Below are positions 57,801 to 61,886 of a stretch of DNA of 64,000 bases, piece after piece; the stretch's first letter is position 1, and every line of letters begins with the position of its first letter. A program made the translations under genes and the position numbers. This stretch comes from a virus (taxonomy: Duplodnaviria > Caudoviricetes): the IMG/VR virus record IMGVR_UViG_3300007177_000352, positions 19,385 to 83,384 of that record; one strand, given 5' to 3'. Below the pieces are notes generated by a model. It was not told where the DNA came from and searched no databases. It saw only the letters and a list, made by a program, of their open reading frames with translations.

Positions 57801-59921
57801 TAGGAATTTGCCACTGGCTATAACACCAGAAGCCATCGTAGTGATGATGGATTGACCGCTTTGTGATAAAGTGCTAAACGGACCTTCTTCCGCATTTGAG
57901 TGGGGAAACAAACGACCAGCTAAATCAAAGAATCCTAAAATTGAATCATAGATAGTTTGTCCGGCTGATTTAATACCACCGACGAAAGTAGTCACCAGTG
58001 CCTGACCAGAGGAGGATAAATCTATGGTAAAGAGGCTTGTTAATTGTTGAATACCATCAAACTTAAAACCGCTAAAACTATTCGCTAGTTGCTTCCCGAA
58101 GGTAATGACGCCCGTGGTTAAATTGGCAATCCCTGTGACGACTGTATTAATCACTGGTGAAATTAAAACCAGACCTTGGATAAGCGGAACTACTCCAACC
58201 GAGATGACCTTTCCTAACGTCACAGCCAGTGCATAAGCGACTCCCTTTATCATTTCAAAAGTTTCAACACTTTCTTGACCGCTACTTGACACTGACCCCC
58301 ATTCTTGACTCAGTTCCTTAAAAGCATCACCTATAGGAGAGAGTGCGTCAAATAAGCTGGTCAAGGCTATTTCAATAGGTTCTATGCCTGCTAAAAAGCC
58401 TTCTTTAAATGCAGAAAGAGTTGGCATTATCGCCTGCACTGCTAATATGATAGATTGCAGAGACTGCGTTCCAAATTGCACTATCGGGCGTAGCATGGGG
58501 CCAACCATATCAAAAACAGATAAGGCTAGTTCCTCTAGGTTGCCCGTGAATTGATTCCAGTCTCCTTTGAGGTTAGCTAACATTTTAGCTGAAGTGGTTT
58601 GCGCAAAACCTTCGCTATCAGTAACGGTTTTTCTAAACTCTTTGAATGCAGTGGTGGTGATGGTCACCGCTTTACCATTCTCTATAATCGTTTTATTAAA
58701 TTCCTTAGACTGGGAAATTAACTCTAACATTGCAGAGGATGCCTCCGTGCCAAACACCGTCTTTACAGTATCCAATTTGTCTGCATCAGTCATATTTGCA
58801 GTGGCTTTATTGAAGTCAATTAGAATGTCTCCAAAATCCTTAATTTTGCCTTTGCTATCAGATATGTTGATACCCAACTTCTTCATTGCATTACCGGCCT
58901 CATCAAGCGCCTGCATGGCCTCGGATTCTGTCATTGCCTTCCCAGTTTCCGTACTTAGGTTGGCCATTTCTTCAGCGGCTTTATTCGTGGGTGCGGCCAG
59001 TCGAAGCATAGCCATTCTCAATGAGGTACCGCTTTGGCTACCGTGAATTGAAATATTTGCTAATAAGGAGGTGGCCGCTGTTAGAGTTTGGATAGATTGA
59101 TTGGCCGTGGCAAAAATCGGGGCGCTATATTTCATGCTTTCCCCTAATTCAGCTACCCCGACATTACTTGCATTCGCCGCTTTTGAAAAGAGGTCGGCAA
59201 CCATCGTGGATTGCTTTGTTTCCAATTTGAACGCACGTAATTGTTCGGCAGCAATTGAACTGGCAGTGGCTAAACTTTCACCACTGGAAGCCGCTAAATT
59301 TAAGACGCCTGGTAGGGCGGCCATAGTCTCAGAGGTAGTGAAGCCCGCCCGCGCTAAATTTAAGCCGGCATCACCCACTTCGGAGGCACTGAATACAGAC
59401 GCTTTAGCTAACTCACGCATGGCAGTGCCCAATCCCTTTAACTCAGTATCTGTCGCATCTGAAACGGCCCCAATAGTGGACATTTTGGCCTCAAAATCCG
59501 CACCTATGGTCACCATTTGTTTCATTGGCGTTAAGACGTTACTCGTCATTGACGCCACGCTTTGAAGGTTAAACGAGAACTGGCCGACGGACGTGACTAG
59601 ACTAGATAAATTGGTTTTAGCAGACTGAGTTAAATCTTTAAAATGGGCCTTGGTTGCAGAAATACTTTGAGAGGCTTGCTGCTGTAAATTCTTAAATACA
59701 TTGGATTGCTTCTTTAACTCCTCACCAAATTCTTTATTTGATTTAACGGCATCTTTAGCACCATTTACCATGCTAATTGAGGACGCGACGGCACGAGTGG
59801 CTGTATCCTTTAAGGATTCAGACATTTGTCTAAAAGATTTTATTATCTCTTGATTGCCGTGGATTGCATCGTTTGTGTCCGCTTGAAAACGGATTCCAAC
59901 TACCATCGTGCCTGCGCTCAT
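36891..59921 (-). CDS. Giant tape measure protein (7,676 aa) with TP901-type core, SLT and NlpC/P60 domains
   Basis: TP901 core at about 58530-59510, four 'P.S.A..GP...L..SG' motifs, 'P..RL.EAR.QY....A..GD' motif, C-terminal 'SYDVGT..VP.DM.A.IH..E.I', followed by minor tail genes. Confidence 0.93.
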   Translation of the reverse strand: MSAGTMVVGIRFQADTNDAIHGNQEIIKSFRQMSESLKDTATRAVASSISMVNGAKDAVKSNKEFGEELKKQSNVFKNLQQQASQSISATKAHFKDLTQSAKTNLSSLVTSVGQFSFNLQSVASMTSNVLTPMKQMVTIGADFEAKMSTIGAVSDATDTELKGLGTAMRELAKASVFSASEVGDAGLNLARAGFTTSETMAALPGVLNLAASSGESLATASSIAAEQLRAFKLETKQSTMVADLFSKAANASNVGVAELGESMKYSAPIFATANQSIQTLTAATSLLANISIHGSQSGTSLRMAMLRLAAPTNKAAEEMANLSTETGKAMTESEAMQALDEAGNAMKKLGINISDSKGKIKDFGDILIDFNKATANMTDADKLDTVKTVFGTEASSAMLELISQSKEFNKTIIENGKAVTITTTAFKEFRKTVTDSEGFAQTTSAKMLANLKGDWNQFTGNLEELALSVFDMVGPMLRPIVQFGTQSLQSIILAVQAIMPTLSAFKEGFLAGIEPIEIALTSLFDALSPIGDAFKELSQEWGSVSSSGQESVETFEMIKGVAYALAVTLGKVISVGVVPLIQGLVLISPVINTVVTGIANLTTGVITFGKQLANSFSGFKFDGIQQLTSLFTIDLSSSGQALVTTFVGGIKSAGQTIYDSILGFFDLAGRLFPHSNAEEGPFSTLSQSGQSIITTMASGVIASGKFLVDSVLGVFKEIPPGIGLVLIPALATITNVLTRNIPLLAPLRLLSEVILITIGRVSGFNVSYKKTAADTGDMIVKLSKIFLGLGAAVTASLPTLFIGLSAGIAIGLANAFASGQGDRIIKTLSEGVISAGKTLYNAVLSVFSWVANLFPHSDAKEGPFSQLTQSGESLLTTFGEALLSKAGWLTESVLIVFSEVYEVIKGSVVTFGEVGFSMMQSLGNGMAGASEWVMSAIKKVSGDSMLSILGSIGSIVGGIISVKQIMSVVSPSIIMLTTTASSSMVSMSAEVVKTAGVAKTSAGGTLSIFSVIVKTVSEFFKILGKGFSAFFTTLRLTKTVFQIFGSTGQMITSLSIFTTSVLNIGKLAAGAITSVAGLANAFKSLTALGLVISILSSFHTEFMAVVKSIMTLDFSGAKSNFLILATSLRDSFIKNWNQMAQDYKGTFIGQMMQYTADTVSTLKEWWGGLADNQQNMFKNAGIIVASLIAAIKAMKGPMRALGVIKELGAAVVNFNPAMKFGLLVVSIIAKTVIAIEMFSDQIGITYNFIKSTIGDTFAYIKKNIDEFQATLDASGTHVSAMGSIVQSAMLFLLPLPATLKAGVASVSIFELLLQQIPFSEVTENAKSFRIAIASIASGVLSVVLGANPLLAVFASLVSTAVVFRTEIKAAFLSAKESVSNFWAGLDSTTKKIIMGLAGITAAITLVATGFISLPAVAMGAIGGIIGAVGAYKDQLKDFFGFMISEWGTSIAIFGGTAALAMGVAIQKIYSAMSLRAKAGAKAKECINNPLMACLLPSEKEVKRRIIQGQKGFELIASSKKGQCVNPFAQCDVTPPKGKLPPPGKMDFLKLACDKLSCQEQITGNATTAATANKTAAESSRRSWLSVTGVLAGIGNTLKFAAATGIVAFSNLASSATGAFSRMSQAAKKYVADAKWTGSAFTDPKQRAFIKEGQWTSDKRNRPVLDRADEMWKRQYGDSLKEEEVYNRKTGAWEKRETEAYKRVKEEAAKQAVATRTIWQKLAVFATEPVKTFKAAWASAWSFLKTGWTNTWSFIKAGTFGLGRALNATWAHSINLFDRMAERMTVAFRTLPATLNTAMTKLSATSSLIATKVSNSLFSLSDSLGKIKTKYKELSNAAGAYMEKAKWVGSGATLERNQNGTINKNQGAVINRAMEMAQREGTSRFVEGSSGKETERFKQLKEEAVKQAGEIKNVFQKLSSTLSSTFSTIKAGWYGAGRALNAAWAHSVNLLDRAGEKMTAGFRSLPAILNTTMTNVSAASSTIADKIVSFSNTVATRTASLFAQVRTGQMWDKATEATGRFLNTAWHGIESLSGKAYAVWSPIGQRITTIWSASTAKFWGLFRTQSGAATASTPGFIGRAFIVAQAHVANFWARFRTEGATSTAATGSRLSGMFGKKTAMMGMAVAGTAALSMFSSQDASASELGNTPKVDVEGTQSQLKSAFSLTSIKEQWSQDLTEMLDKFGLLKPIGDAITYTLENLETVGMGAMMVLSTGLLDLGMAFTVVKTGAAALGAFFIGWQIGTFLYNQFTVVQETAITVVGAFVEMGRGIASAIGVAIDAIANFRFADFADSILTSIKNIPDGLGQLATSLNETWHGLGDVLMAPANILSDLTRIIGTTIGNVTGAIAAGNWGEAGLSIVTGIVEGLWSVASNVGYAILGIAKMAISAILPESWYQAGAKLLSAFGEGIVSIGKSIYDSVLGVFKYVWNLFPHSDANEGPFTQLTTSGQGLITAFVNGVLSLPSLLIDTVKGIFTGVYNYLESLVYSDRGVAMIMSIYTGITSLPTLLVDGVTTLFTSVKTYLESIIYSDRGIAIITSIKDGILSAPSILIDSVKQVFDSVFQYLSTIDFTEAGRKLLSTVGNGIKKGAQELTTAVSDGLTSVRQYLPFSDAKTGPLSDLTASGQSIPSTLATGVTQNSETLTAAVADMTQQGSGAMGALETAAASTASSVKATATEATQSLAEAEERLRVAKEKLFDLSQKKSLTTDSTVKKNISHQEVGVRQEVHDAQEVVRQLRESAKEQTAIQRAAAKESEKAAKEANKAIKESAKEAARDMKASLYDQADALTNVSKQYKEAAKATEEFADKLKRTYESLSYARNELVTSNMNEMQKNVFQNVGDYGTDYGPQIAQVKMLTSANQELTSAKNELAKAGMSESQARLFDLQQKYTENVALEIYQTQELAKTKKALYEESQKSRESQLVGDQKEYVDLMKQVGVEEGKRIILQRQALSNQAKLKQESASYWDSMSEKAGEYYEKFATGQMSAKQSLKGFFSSVLEEQKKAALEKSKQAFLGLFGLGKDKGQQDSQVQRDLDKAAQFMKQSNDGVVAAGKDMSGTIAKAVEDAGKNLSTSVDNLGKQVNETLQKAADLTAKSDSLEKAASQLKEMASDISITRAGNNALTSQNEVGKAGENLSQALDKTGDGVTKTTGEIVSANQKYVKVTNEVASALEGASKKFNYSLLELSRMASLESSFNANVKNSSGYMGLMQFKGAASKEVGISGREYDPRAAAEGAIKYWEINQKTLDKVSKGWRETAEKMNINDGLMAWMAHNQGAGGLGQVLKTLTTGVDHLSKTVTGNIRNNLVGGEGKNLSGVALAQKYMEGWIGKWNKLPLPEQFKSQFQNAVGQGVVTVAAKASEEAGKSVAKGLGEVAKPSAAGNTGGLGRGVAINDSTLDVLSDTTNKYIQKGVSYELGAKNIELGKIDCSGWVNLLTKTAFEKINQQAGQVVFDKSDMKLLQDSSHNIIQNIVDKTGVLIDSRKTDNFGSQLKEGMMIGLDKGDHGWDRGRVRAGSDIDKNIDHIVQVTVDKVTGKLGISESRSVRQGGVQKGGVTWTELDTWLNKNKNATMFATDPFKLAAKDVQVALGGVSKSATAATQLQTQANQDQSQAVQLRLKNEQEATNMTAALVAAKKTEQTALSELTTAATQQKQTELVSTQSYEQAMQAVQAMRISTAGTDVAALSQHAQATETANLAIQDSTGQAVQEVAKVASEVGAEMANTAGQCLAEVANNPAIQNAADLKEATEVMTENCQGKSDGIMGMFSGLTDKIGGFFSGISGKLSGLFGGGGDGGFLSKITGGISSLFNGGGDGGFMSTITKGIGSLFSGGGDGIMSTITSGIGKLFGGGGGSILSSLGSLFGGGQSGKGSILSTIGGMLGGGGSGGGIGNFISGLSGSLGNLSGGLGGVGKAISGLIGSSGAGGGLGSLVGSLGSAKGALGGLLGGGGSTPGMGALSVGLSMLKGDMAGAATGAAQLLGSMTPLGPIGGMIAGKLMSMSGIGAKFVRTAEWINVSMKGLDATYSKSFTETRKGGWLVKSKTRTGTEALDEGTIKKLNDMLGESKKTIEKVSETLNLGNNDLLKGMGNFRYNIQAMENKDQEWFDKSFQTMRTTMVKSAVDNIMLAGADIKTNLGGNFQRNFKQVLDGTFNQAARAETWDGVLTSFVSSADKAMKGGLQDEVSAKLGERLTDFVNNSADQLKDLPVDQLQNVLTGEIGKIFTDVTGIAIPESITGELAEVFASRIQDAIKLSSGEEISSDVPVIKTDEIGFYRSLKEMVNAFDGPEEELNNLINQMLGLKEVFKSAGLSTTVMSKGLIDSLGGVDKFSSSMTFFKDNFASVSGTNIEFTNSLSGLNKSLKEIQGSTLPGINTAFPTTREEFYKLTQSVAKLGKDGEETFAALIKGAPQFANYYKAIEDFNQKFGGASGTTLKAQAKKAVDLNKTLNDSFKGLGIELPKTRKGLYDLVQGFDLTNESQRKLHDKILELAPAFDELFTNNEQVDKFRESMRGVYDSAGGAEKTISDLSKQFPELNLGASAMTLNTKEAARSLANMSDGELMAWAESMGLTGLSIEDITQKTTDYLTAATELQTNIGSFKDEMHKIATGATDNEAALSKLVDKYPMLSDSLTQAGVTATEVAGYFDQMSPDQLKALADSLGVTVDTLMADTQTYIGILQSQSDMFKSINGESLGGDLMKVMTDANVTSANEAGRMFADNFVSQFESQMVSTVLNSVMQTIYQGVVEPFLTSSAQAAMNITEGGAMAGTNLTQGGAIAGSNLAEGSGMAGANLVQGSTSAATTSATGGQMAASAMATGGMLAGDALAKIVEDAKQKIMVMGQVMTELKSSGVMDQITSSLSTVGETAYNTFSTAAPTLFEPARQKQESETSKTEEASNKEAEKVAEKQREEERQQIEESQKAAEDAQKAAEEARKTFTDFNKSLGDLSSGLEGNAKTINDLKTTYKDATVTQLLATSSSKDMITQLQGLSQTQLEGIAKAAGVEVSKLTGDLLSLVDITKQSEKAMGDFRNKMAITAGTTTEYEQTIAKLQSEYPKLTSTLNSQGLSSKELAKQLSTMDDEQIKSMAASLGVTTDQFMTDSDSYIGALKSQEEALKSQADNLKSFRDSLEEIANPNNQGKQKTINVLDKEFAGLGLAAHAMTLDTQAAAKAMLSMPDDQLIAFAEQYGLTTDQLKEKTTAYFGAVNELQQGMDSWRGKMNQMVSGESEATTNIKSLSQKSPYLTEMTQGMDSKAMAKFFSGLDNTQIEALANQYGVSIEKFEADTESWVNNTKTIEEEAKNLAQGFIDFRTKMGQIATGTSDAQVSLSKLSNTYGDFSDVQGKSSKELATYFSTLSDADITSLAVRFGVTTDQFKADAETFVSSTQSMEDVTKSQAASMKEFRDSLVLMSGAMTDNELSLKNLSDKYPSLSGILNDSSMTAKEAAERFNSLSDDELRNLATLLGTDFDTLKADAGTWLGILKQQDDGLKESTKAISDFQNEMRKTAGAANDSQITLEGLTAKYPALATAINDSSMTAKEAATQFASMDMQSLMNELGILPAMQAEFIADSQAWVGVLAANDEAIKANQEAMAGYRDTMLKATGTYGDSDIALKNLTASYPTLASTLNSTSLSAKDAATYFGQLSDAEFEELAKSLDVTTDKLRTDSTEWVNMIAANQESFNSFHETMVKLKGGVTDNDLTLQKLASQYPSLSSQILKSGLTAEQAAGQFANLSEADLESMAASLDVTTDKLKEDIQAFANALPSGQVFKDLRTGLAELINPLQGAEKTIDDLAKKYPDLNLATNALGLNVTEAATAIQGMTDNDMLAWAEANKIAPEEAKEATLAYLGAVKELQGQIGSFKDKMHQMATGMTDNEATLERLKKQYPSLSDTLFKAGVTAQDVAKQFDSMSSQQIADMAKSLGVSVEAFMGDVEAYTGVLTAQAEETKAKAEQLSSFRTEMTKLGGTLSESELTLNNLTSKFPSLIDSLKGLGTNSKDVANQLASLDDAKLEELAKTSKVTTDQFLENATTYINTLASQEAETKAAIQSVQGMQDGFKKLTSGMKDSEYTVNQLGSKYPNLISSMGLSGKTAEEVASQFASMDPARVVEMAKSLGVSTDDFVSDIGGYVSALQSMAEEAKAITDSLNGFRGEMDKMASSMTDYDYTLSNLSKTVPNLTSKLGGLGSTSQAVAGSLSRMNADQLEAMAKQAGLSVDEFINNSKSYVEAMKARESSIEEEQKKAQEEAQKQADEAAEKAKQEAEKVQADLMKQVDKFFDVFGKLADKLGAVSESIASDIQSFDTQDENAVAARRNAQMQSLQKSLNDFKGIDLAKEIDKDSAKESEKAIANIEKYRKLLMEESKFRIDAVTKEKDAVLKTHDEIIAGFTKLKESVTGIMNSIADDITALDAELGKGGKKTALKEKTSGEFANAIATFQSSMAKDTGSRTAIGKVAEIDTTQLQGVSASALQQSSQSLLAISEANIAILKQGQENNKQAIADGEKLVKLGEEYRKGIGEALREQLADLDKANEAVTKQLEKTQDETIKRLEKERDEKIKAAEKARDDVIKSLETERDTKIKHLEKIQEAAKKLQETLTKVKDAVASLQDAVKSDMEKLAKDMSLPGTTAIEKLNAMQGSISSNMPVTEESVKKLETYKGLILESLQEQIDLENQRFEKQKEAEAKQLDHYNKLIDFSKQLKGFLDDLKLGELTTYNPTQRLTEARRQYEETLRLAKSGDVEAMGQVTAKAQGYLKEAQGYYASSEDYTNIFNDVNSNISDLKGVAEAEADKIAKELPLDKTETAKNIANLLPLQQAAMEKLQGVNSLLTSMGLDIATQLTSPAATPMPDDQFSAMIEKEKENFTNLIETQKTDTDKLIENTKADTDKLIESTKADTEKAIADNKANTEAEGNKLRELAKAELQSLNTSLGGIESQLQAASEKTFDDTDFANNVTALQQASVGQLVQLGNYVIAMDAGLKSSLKTNIDALMSQLSPENQLIVAERLDEAMQRNITGPLYELIGAVKGENIKKEVTKKEGGFKDNQTAIDNALTAFSQYREIATKANLTTSFDEFITKVGGYVTSARDKSGQYSGSVDMAGITKMMQDMGVKEDFSQSISNLVSQILVNRKDTDWASFWPQFKDGYLQTNKELLTAFQSQQGTKPAEDLAKYRELSLIVNGLGESLKQLKGATINQGRSESEVYTALDKRNTLSMMQTKGVDIKIDTYADFQNAKASLEELRKSLIGVSSLKGELDGLNSKLATTKTELPKLDFGKLTGGLSRETKEMPSLFSYLPAASPVTSGVSQGPGLMSQLSPQQKAGDMGKADVLQAGGGANSLSISNVSSSGAKDIIIKLTNLSSEWQNFWKGRWDKEGALNEKLRTADKEATEKLRAQEKERLLAWRATDRKAAEDEVARLLTWREEDLARHTVWREEDLARHTVWREEDLMAAANRDMRETIRDITLATWREEDLKRIGDEKLEAINLKKAQDEKEKQAENDFIVRRIADQQLAATYHAEILETIQNVVPSIAESFGSIASEVLSSAASMAKTSSVVSIEAPPVGINTSDVNMSDDGENLPSYDVGTPSVPADMTAKIHQKEIIVDPQSSEILRNYGIRVNVNEASQTSRGGDSKRMEELLLTLIEEVRYNNRLLEQQRQQVVGAVNNLEITVGQPITRAIKQTAGPVQIRK
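37621..37703 (-). repeat. 33-bp coding tandem repeat (LARHTVWREED)
   Basis: Two perfect units plus a partial third, with no spacers. Confidence 0.9.
41250..46430 (-). repeat. 16 degenerate ~90-96-aa repeats in the tape measure protein
   Basis: Recurrent pattern F+..M......D....L..L...YP.L...L......A.E.A..F..M...QL..LA.SLGV..D.F..D...Y. Confidence 0.85.
49200..49720 (-). other. NlpC/P60-like peptidase domain within the tape measure protein
   Basis: 'Y.LG......IDCSGWV' followed by 'DHIV.V'. Confidence 0.7.
49920..50410 (-). other. SLT / lytic transglycosylase-like domain within the tape measure protein
   Basis: 'ASLESSFN...N..GYMGLMQF' and 'AHNQG.GG'. Confidence 0.78.
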
Positions 59922-59995
59922 AAATTTATACCAATCAAAGTTAAGGAATTAAGAATTGTAGATGTCCCTTTCAAAGTGTCTAGGTCTTTTTAAAA

Positions 59996-60232
59996 GGTCC
60001 TAGACGTGTGAAAACCTAATGGATATGCGCTTTGTAAAGGCTGTATAGGTCGTATAGGTCCTTTTTAAGGTATATATATTTAAGAACCTCTTTTCTAAAA
60101 ATCTCTCTATAGAAAGAAGTTTAAAAAAGCCGTTTTGACCTTCACGGACCTTACAAGCCTTTATCCATGCGGCTTTCCAATGTCTAGGACATGTAAACTA
60201 GGTCATAGACGTAAGGTCCGGGACCTATACAG
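59996..60232. repeat. Non-coding element B, inverted diverged copy of element A
   Basis: Collinear with the reverse complement of about 17443..17708. Contains the exact 26-mer GACCTTACAAGCCTTTATCCATGCGG at 60147-60172. Confidence 0.85.
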
Positions 60233-60437
60233 AAAAGACGTACTTTTGACAGATATTTAAACCATTATCTGCCTACAAATTTTCATTTACTATTCTAAAT
60301 ATTAATAGACTCACACGGGCATTTTTAGTTTTTAGCAAGCTAAATATTAGGGGGAGGATTTGCCCCCTATTTTTTATCGCATAATATGGTATAATTCATA
60401 GCTTGATTATCTATGAAACTACCTATAAGAGGCTCAA

Positions 60438-61037
60438 ATGTACTTACTAGACTACCATGCAATACCATTCAATGAATGCCAAGACAGGCTCAGGAAAACC
60501 AGGTTGCTTGGATATAATGAAGAACTCGTCTATAAAGACGCTCGTATCTCACTAAAAACTTACGTCAATCCGCTGGATATTTACCCAACTCAACGCTATA
60601 TCCTAAAGCCAATTATGCGTCGCACGGTGGAACTCTATAAATCACTCCTTTCAAGAGGGATTGATATTATGGAATTGACCGGCGCACTATGGGTGAAAAT
60701 CAGGGATAACGATGGTGTGGTTAAGGAATTTCACTTGACGCCCCCGCTTGTCGAAACGACACAAAACACGGAGACAGGTGAGGATATTTACTTACTCGCC
60801 GATGGAATGCACAGAGTGTCATTGGCAATCGAACAAGGCTACCCTATTAATGTGATTTTAATAAATGGTGTCAGTCGCCCATATTATGCCTATCCATTGA
60901 GAGGGTGGAGTGAGGTACAGGTATTTGAGAATTTGCCGACTGGCTTTGTGAAAAAATACTATCGTGATCCAGACAATCACAAACTCTTATTCCGTGATTA
61001 TGATATTGGTTTCCCCAACATCCAACCTAAGAGGTAA
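60438..61037 (+). CDS. ParB/Srx-like domain protein
   Basis: Motifs 'IYPTQ' and 'LLADGMHR'. Confidence 0.5.
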   Translation: MYLLDYHAIPFNECQDRLRKTRLLGYNEELVYKDARISLKTYVNPLDIYPTQRYILKPIMRRTVELYKSLLSRGIDIMELTGALWVKIRDNDGVVKEFHLTPPLVETTQNTETGEDIYLLADGMHRVSLAIEQGYPINVILINGVSRPYYAYPLRGWSEVQVFENLPTGFVKKYYRDPDNHKLLFRDYDIGFPNIQPKR

Positions 61038-61042
61038 AGATT

Positions 61043-61246
61043 ATGCAAGATGCAACTGTAGGGATTCGTTTAACTGGGGTCAATGAAGACCTTGTTAAGT
61101 CAGCCATGCGATTAATAGGCAACATCAACATCACATGGGGAGTCATCCGTCAAGAGGACGGGAAATATTGGTACGTCATCGGACGTATCAATGACTTAGG
61201 ACGGGATGGCTACACACCTAAAGAAGAAGTGGTACGTTGGGATTAA
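61043..61246 (+). CDS. Hypothetical protein
   Basis: 67-aa ORF with AGAGG RBS. Confidence 0.45.
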   Translation: MQDATVGIRLTGVNEDLVKSAMRLIGNINITWGVIRQEDGKYWYVIGRINDLGRDGYTPKEEVVRWD

Positions 61247-61258
61247 ACGGGGAGTGAT

Positions 61259-61369
61259 AAAAAAAGCCGTCGCTGGCAAGAGGATGAGAGGTAGGACGGC
61301 CAGCGACGGCGAACAAACAACACAGGTGGGTGGGTGAAATAAAGGTCAAGTAGTAATCAATCGGTAATA
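61259..61369 (-). ncRNA. Candidate ~110-nt small RNA
   Basis: Bounded by a TTGACA-17-TATCCT promoter and a 12-bp GC hairpin followed by T7. No RBS-led ORF. Confidence 0.45.
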
Positions 61370-61375
61370 AATTTA

Positions 61376-61404
61376 AGGATACCACCGATTAACCTACCTG
61401 TCAA
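61376..61404 (-). promoter_or_regulatory. Sigma-70 promoter (leftward)
   Basis: TTGACA-17-TATCCT. Confidence 0.65.
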
Positions 61405-61459
61405 GTTTTTTTTTAAACTTTTTTTCTTAAATATTTTTTGATAAAGTTTTCAATAGCTA

Positions 61460-61488
61460 TTGAATTTGGTCAATACTTATCCTATAAT
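61460..61488 (+). promoter_or_regulatory. Sigma-70 promoter for the helicase operon
   Basis: TTGAAT-17-TATAAT. Confidence 0.75.
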
Positions 61489-61529
61489 ATCCTATAGAGT
61501 TATCAAAACTGAAATTTAAGAGGAGATTT

Positions 61530-61886
61530 ATGCGTACTATCAGTGTAAATCCACTGTATGATGAAATAGAGTCGATACTCGCTGAATTATTCGACCAGCT
61601 ACGTCAGGGGGAGGTTATTACTGGCAAACAAATCCTCCTTAGATTAGAGGATAGAGGTCTTTTAAAAGAAAGGCCGTCTAAAGTCAATTACAAACTAGGA
61701 ACGATAAGCCGGGTGATTAACCGCGGTAAGGCAACTGGCAAGTTTGCTAATGTAACCAAAATGAATGTCCGCGAGTACGACACCAACGGCAACTTTCGCA
61801 ACATGGTTGCTTATTCTAAAATAGAGATAGAGGGGGTAGAAAAAAATGACATTGCCGTTAGAGGAGAGTCTAAGTCAGGCTCGTGA
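61530..61886 (+). CDS. Hypothetical protein
   Basis: AAGAGGAG RBS and first gene after the promoter. Confidence 0.55.
   Translation: MRTISVNPLYDEIESILAELFDQLRQGEVITGKQILLRLEDRGLLKERPSKVNYKLGTISRVINRGKATGKFANVTKMNVREYDTNGNFRNMVAYSKIEIEGVEKNDIAVRGESKSGS

Noticed and set aside
37146-59565. Dozens of plus-strand ORFs opposite the tape measure gene, e.g. Pro-rich 47950..48720
   Set aside because: Shadow frames of the 23-kb ORF. The Pro-rich one is the antisense of the Gly-rich segment. No RBS or family motifs.
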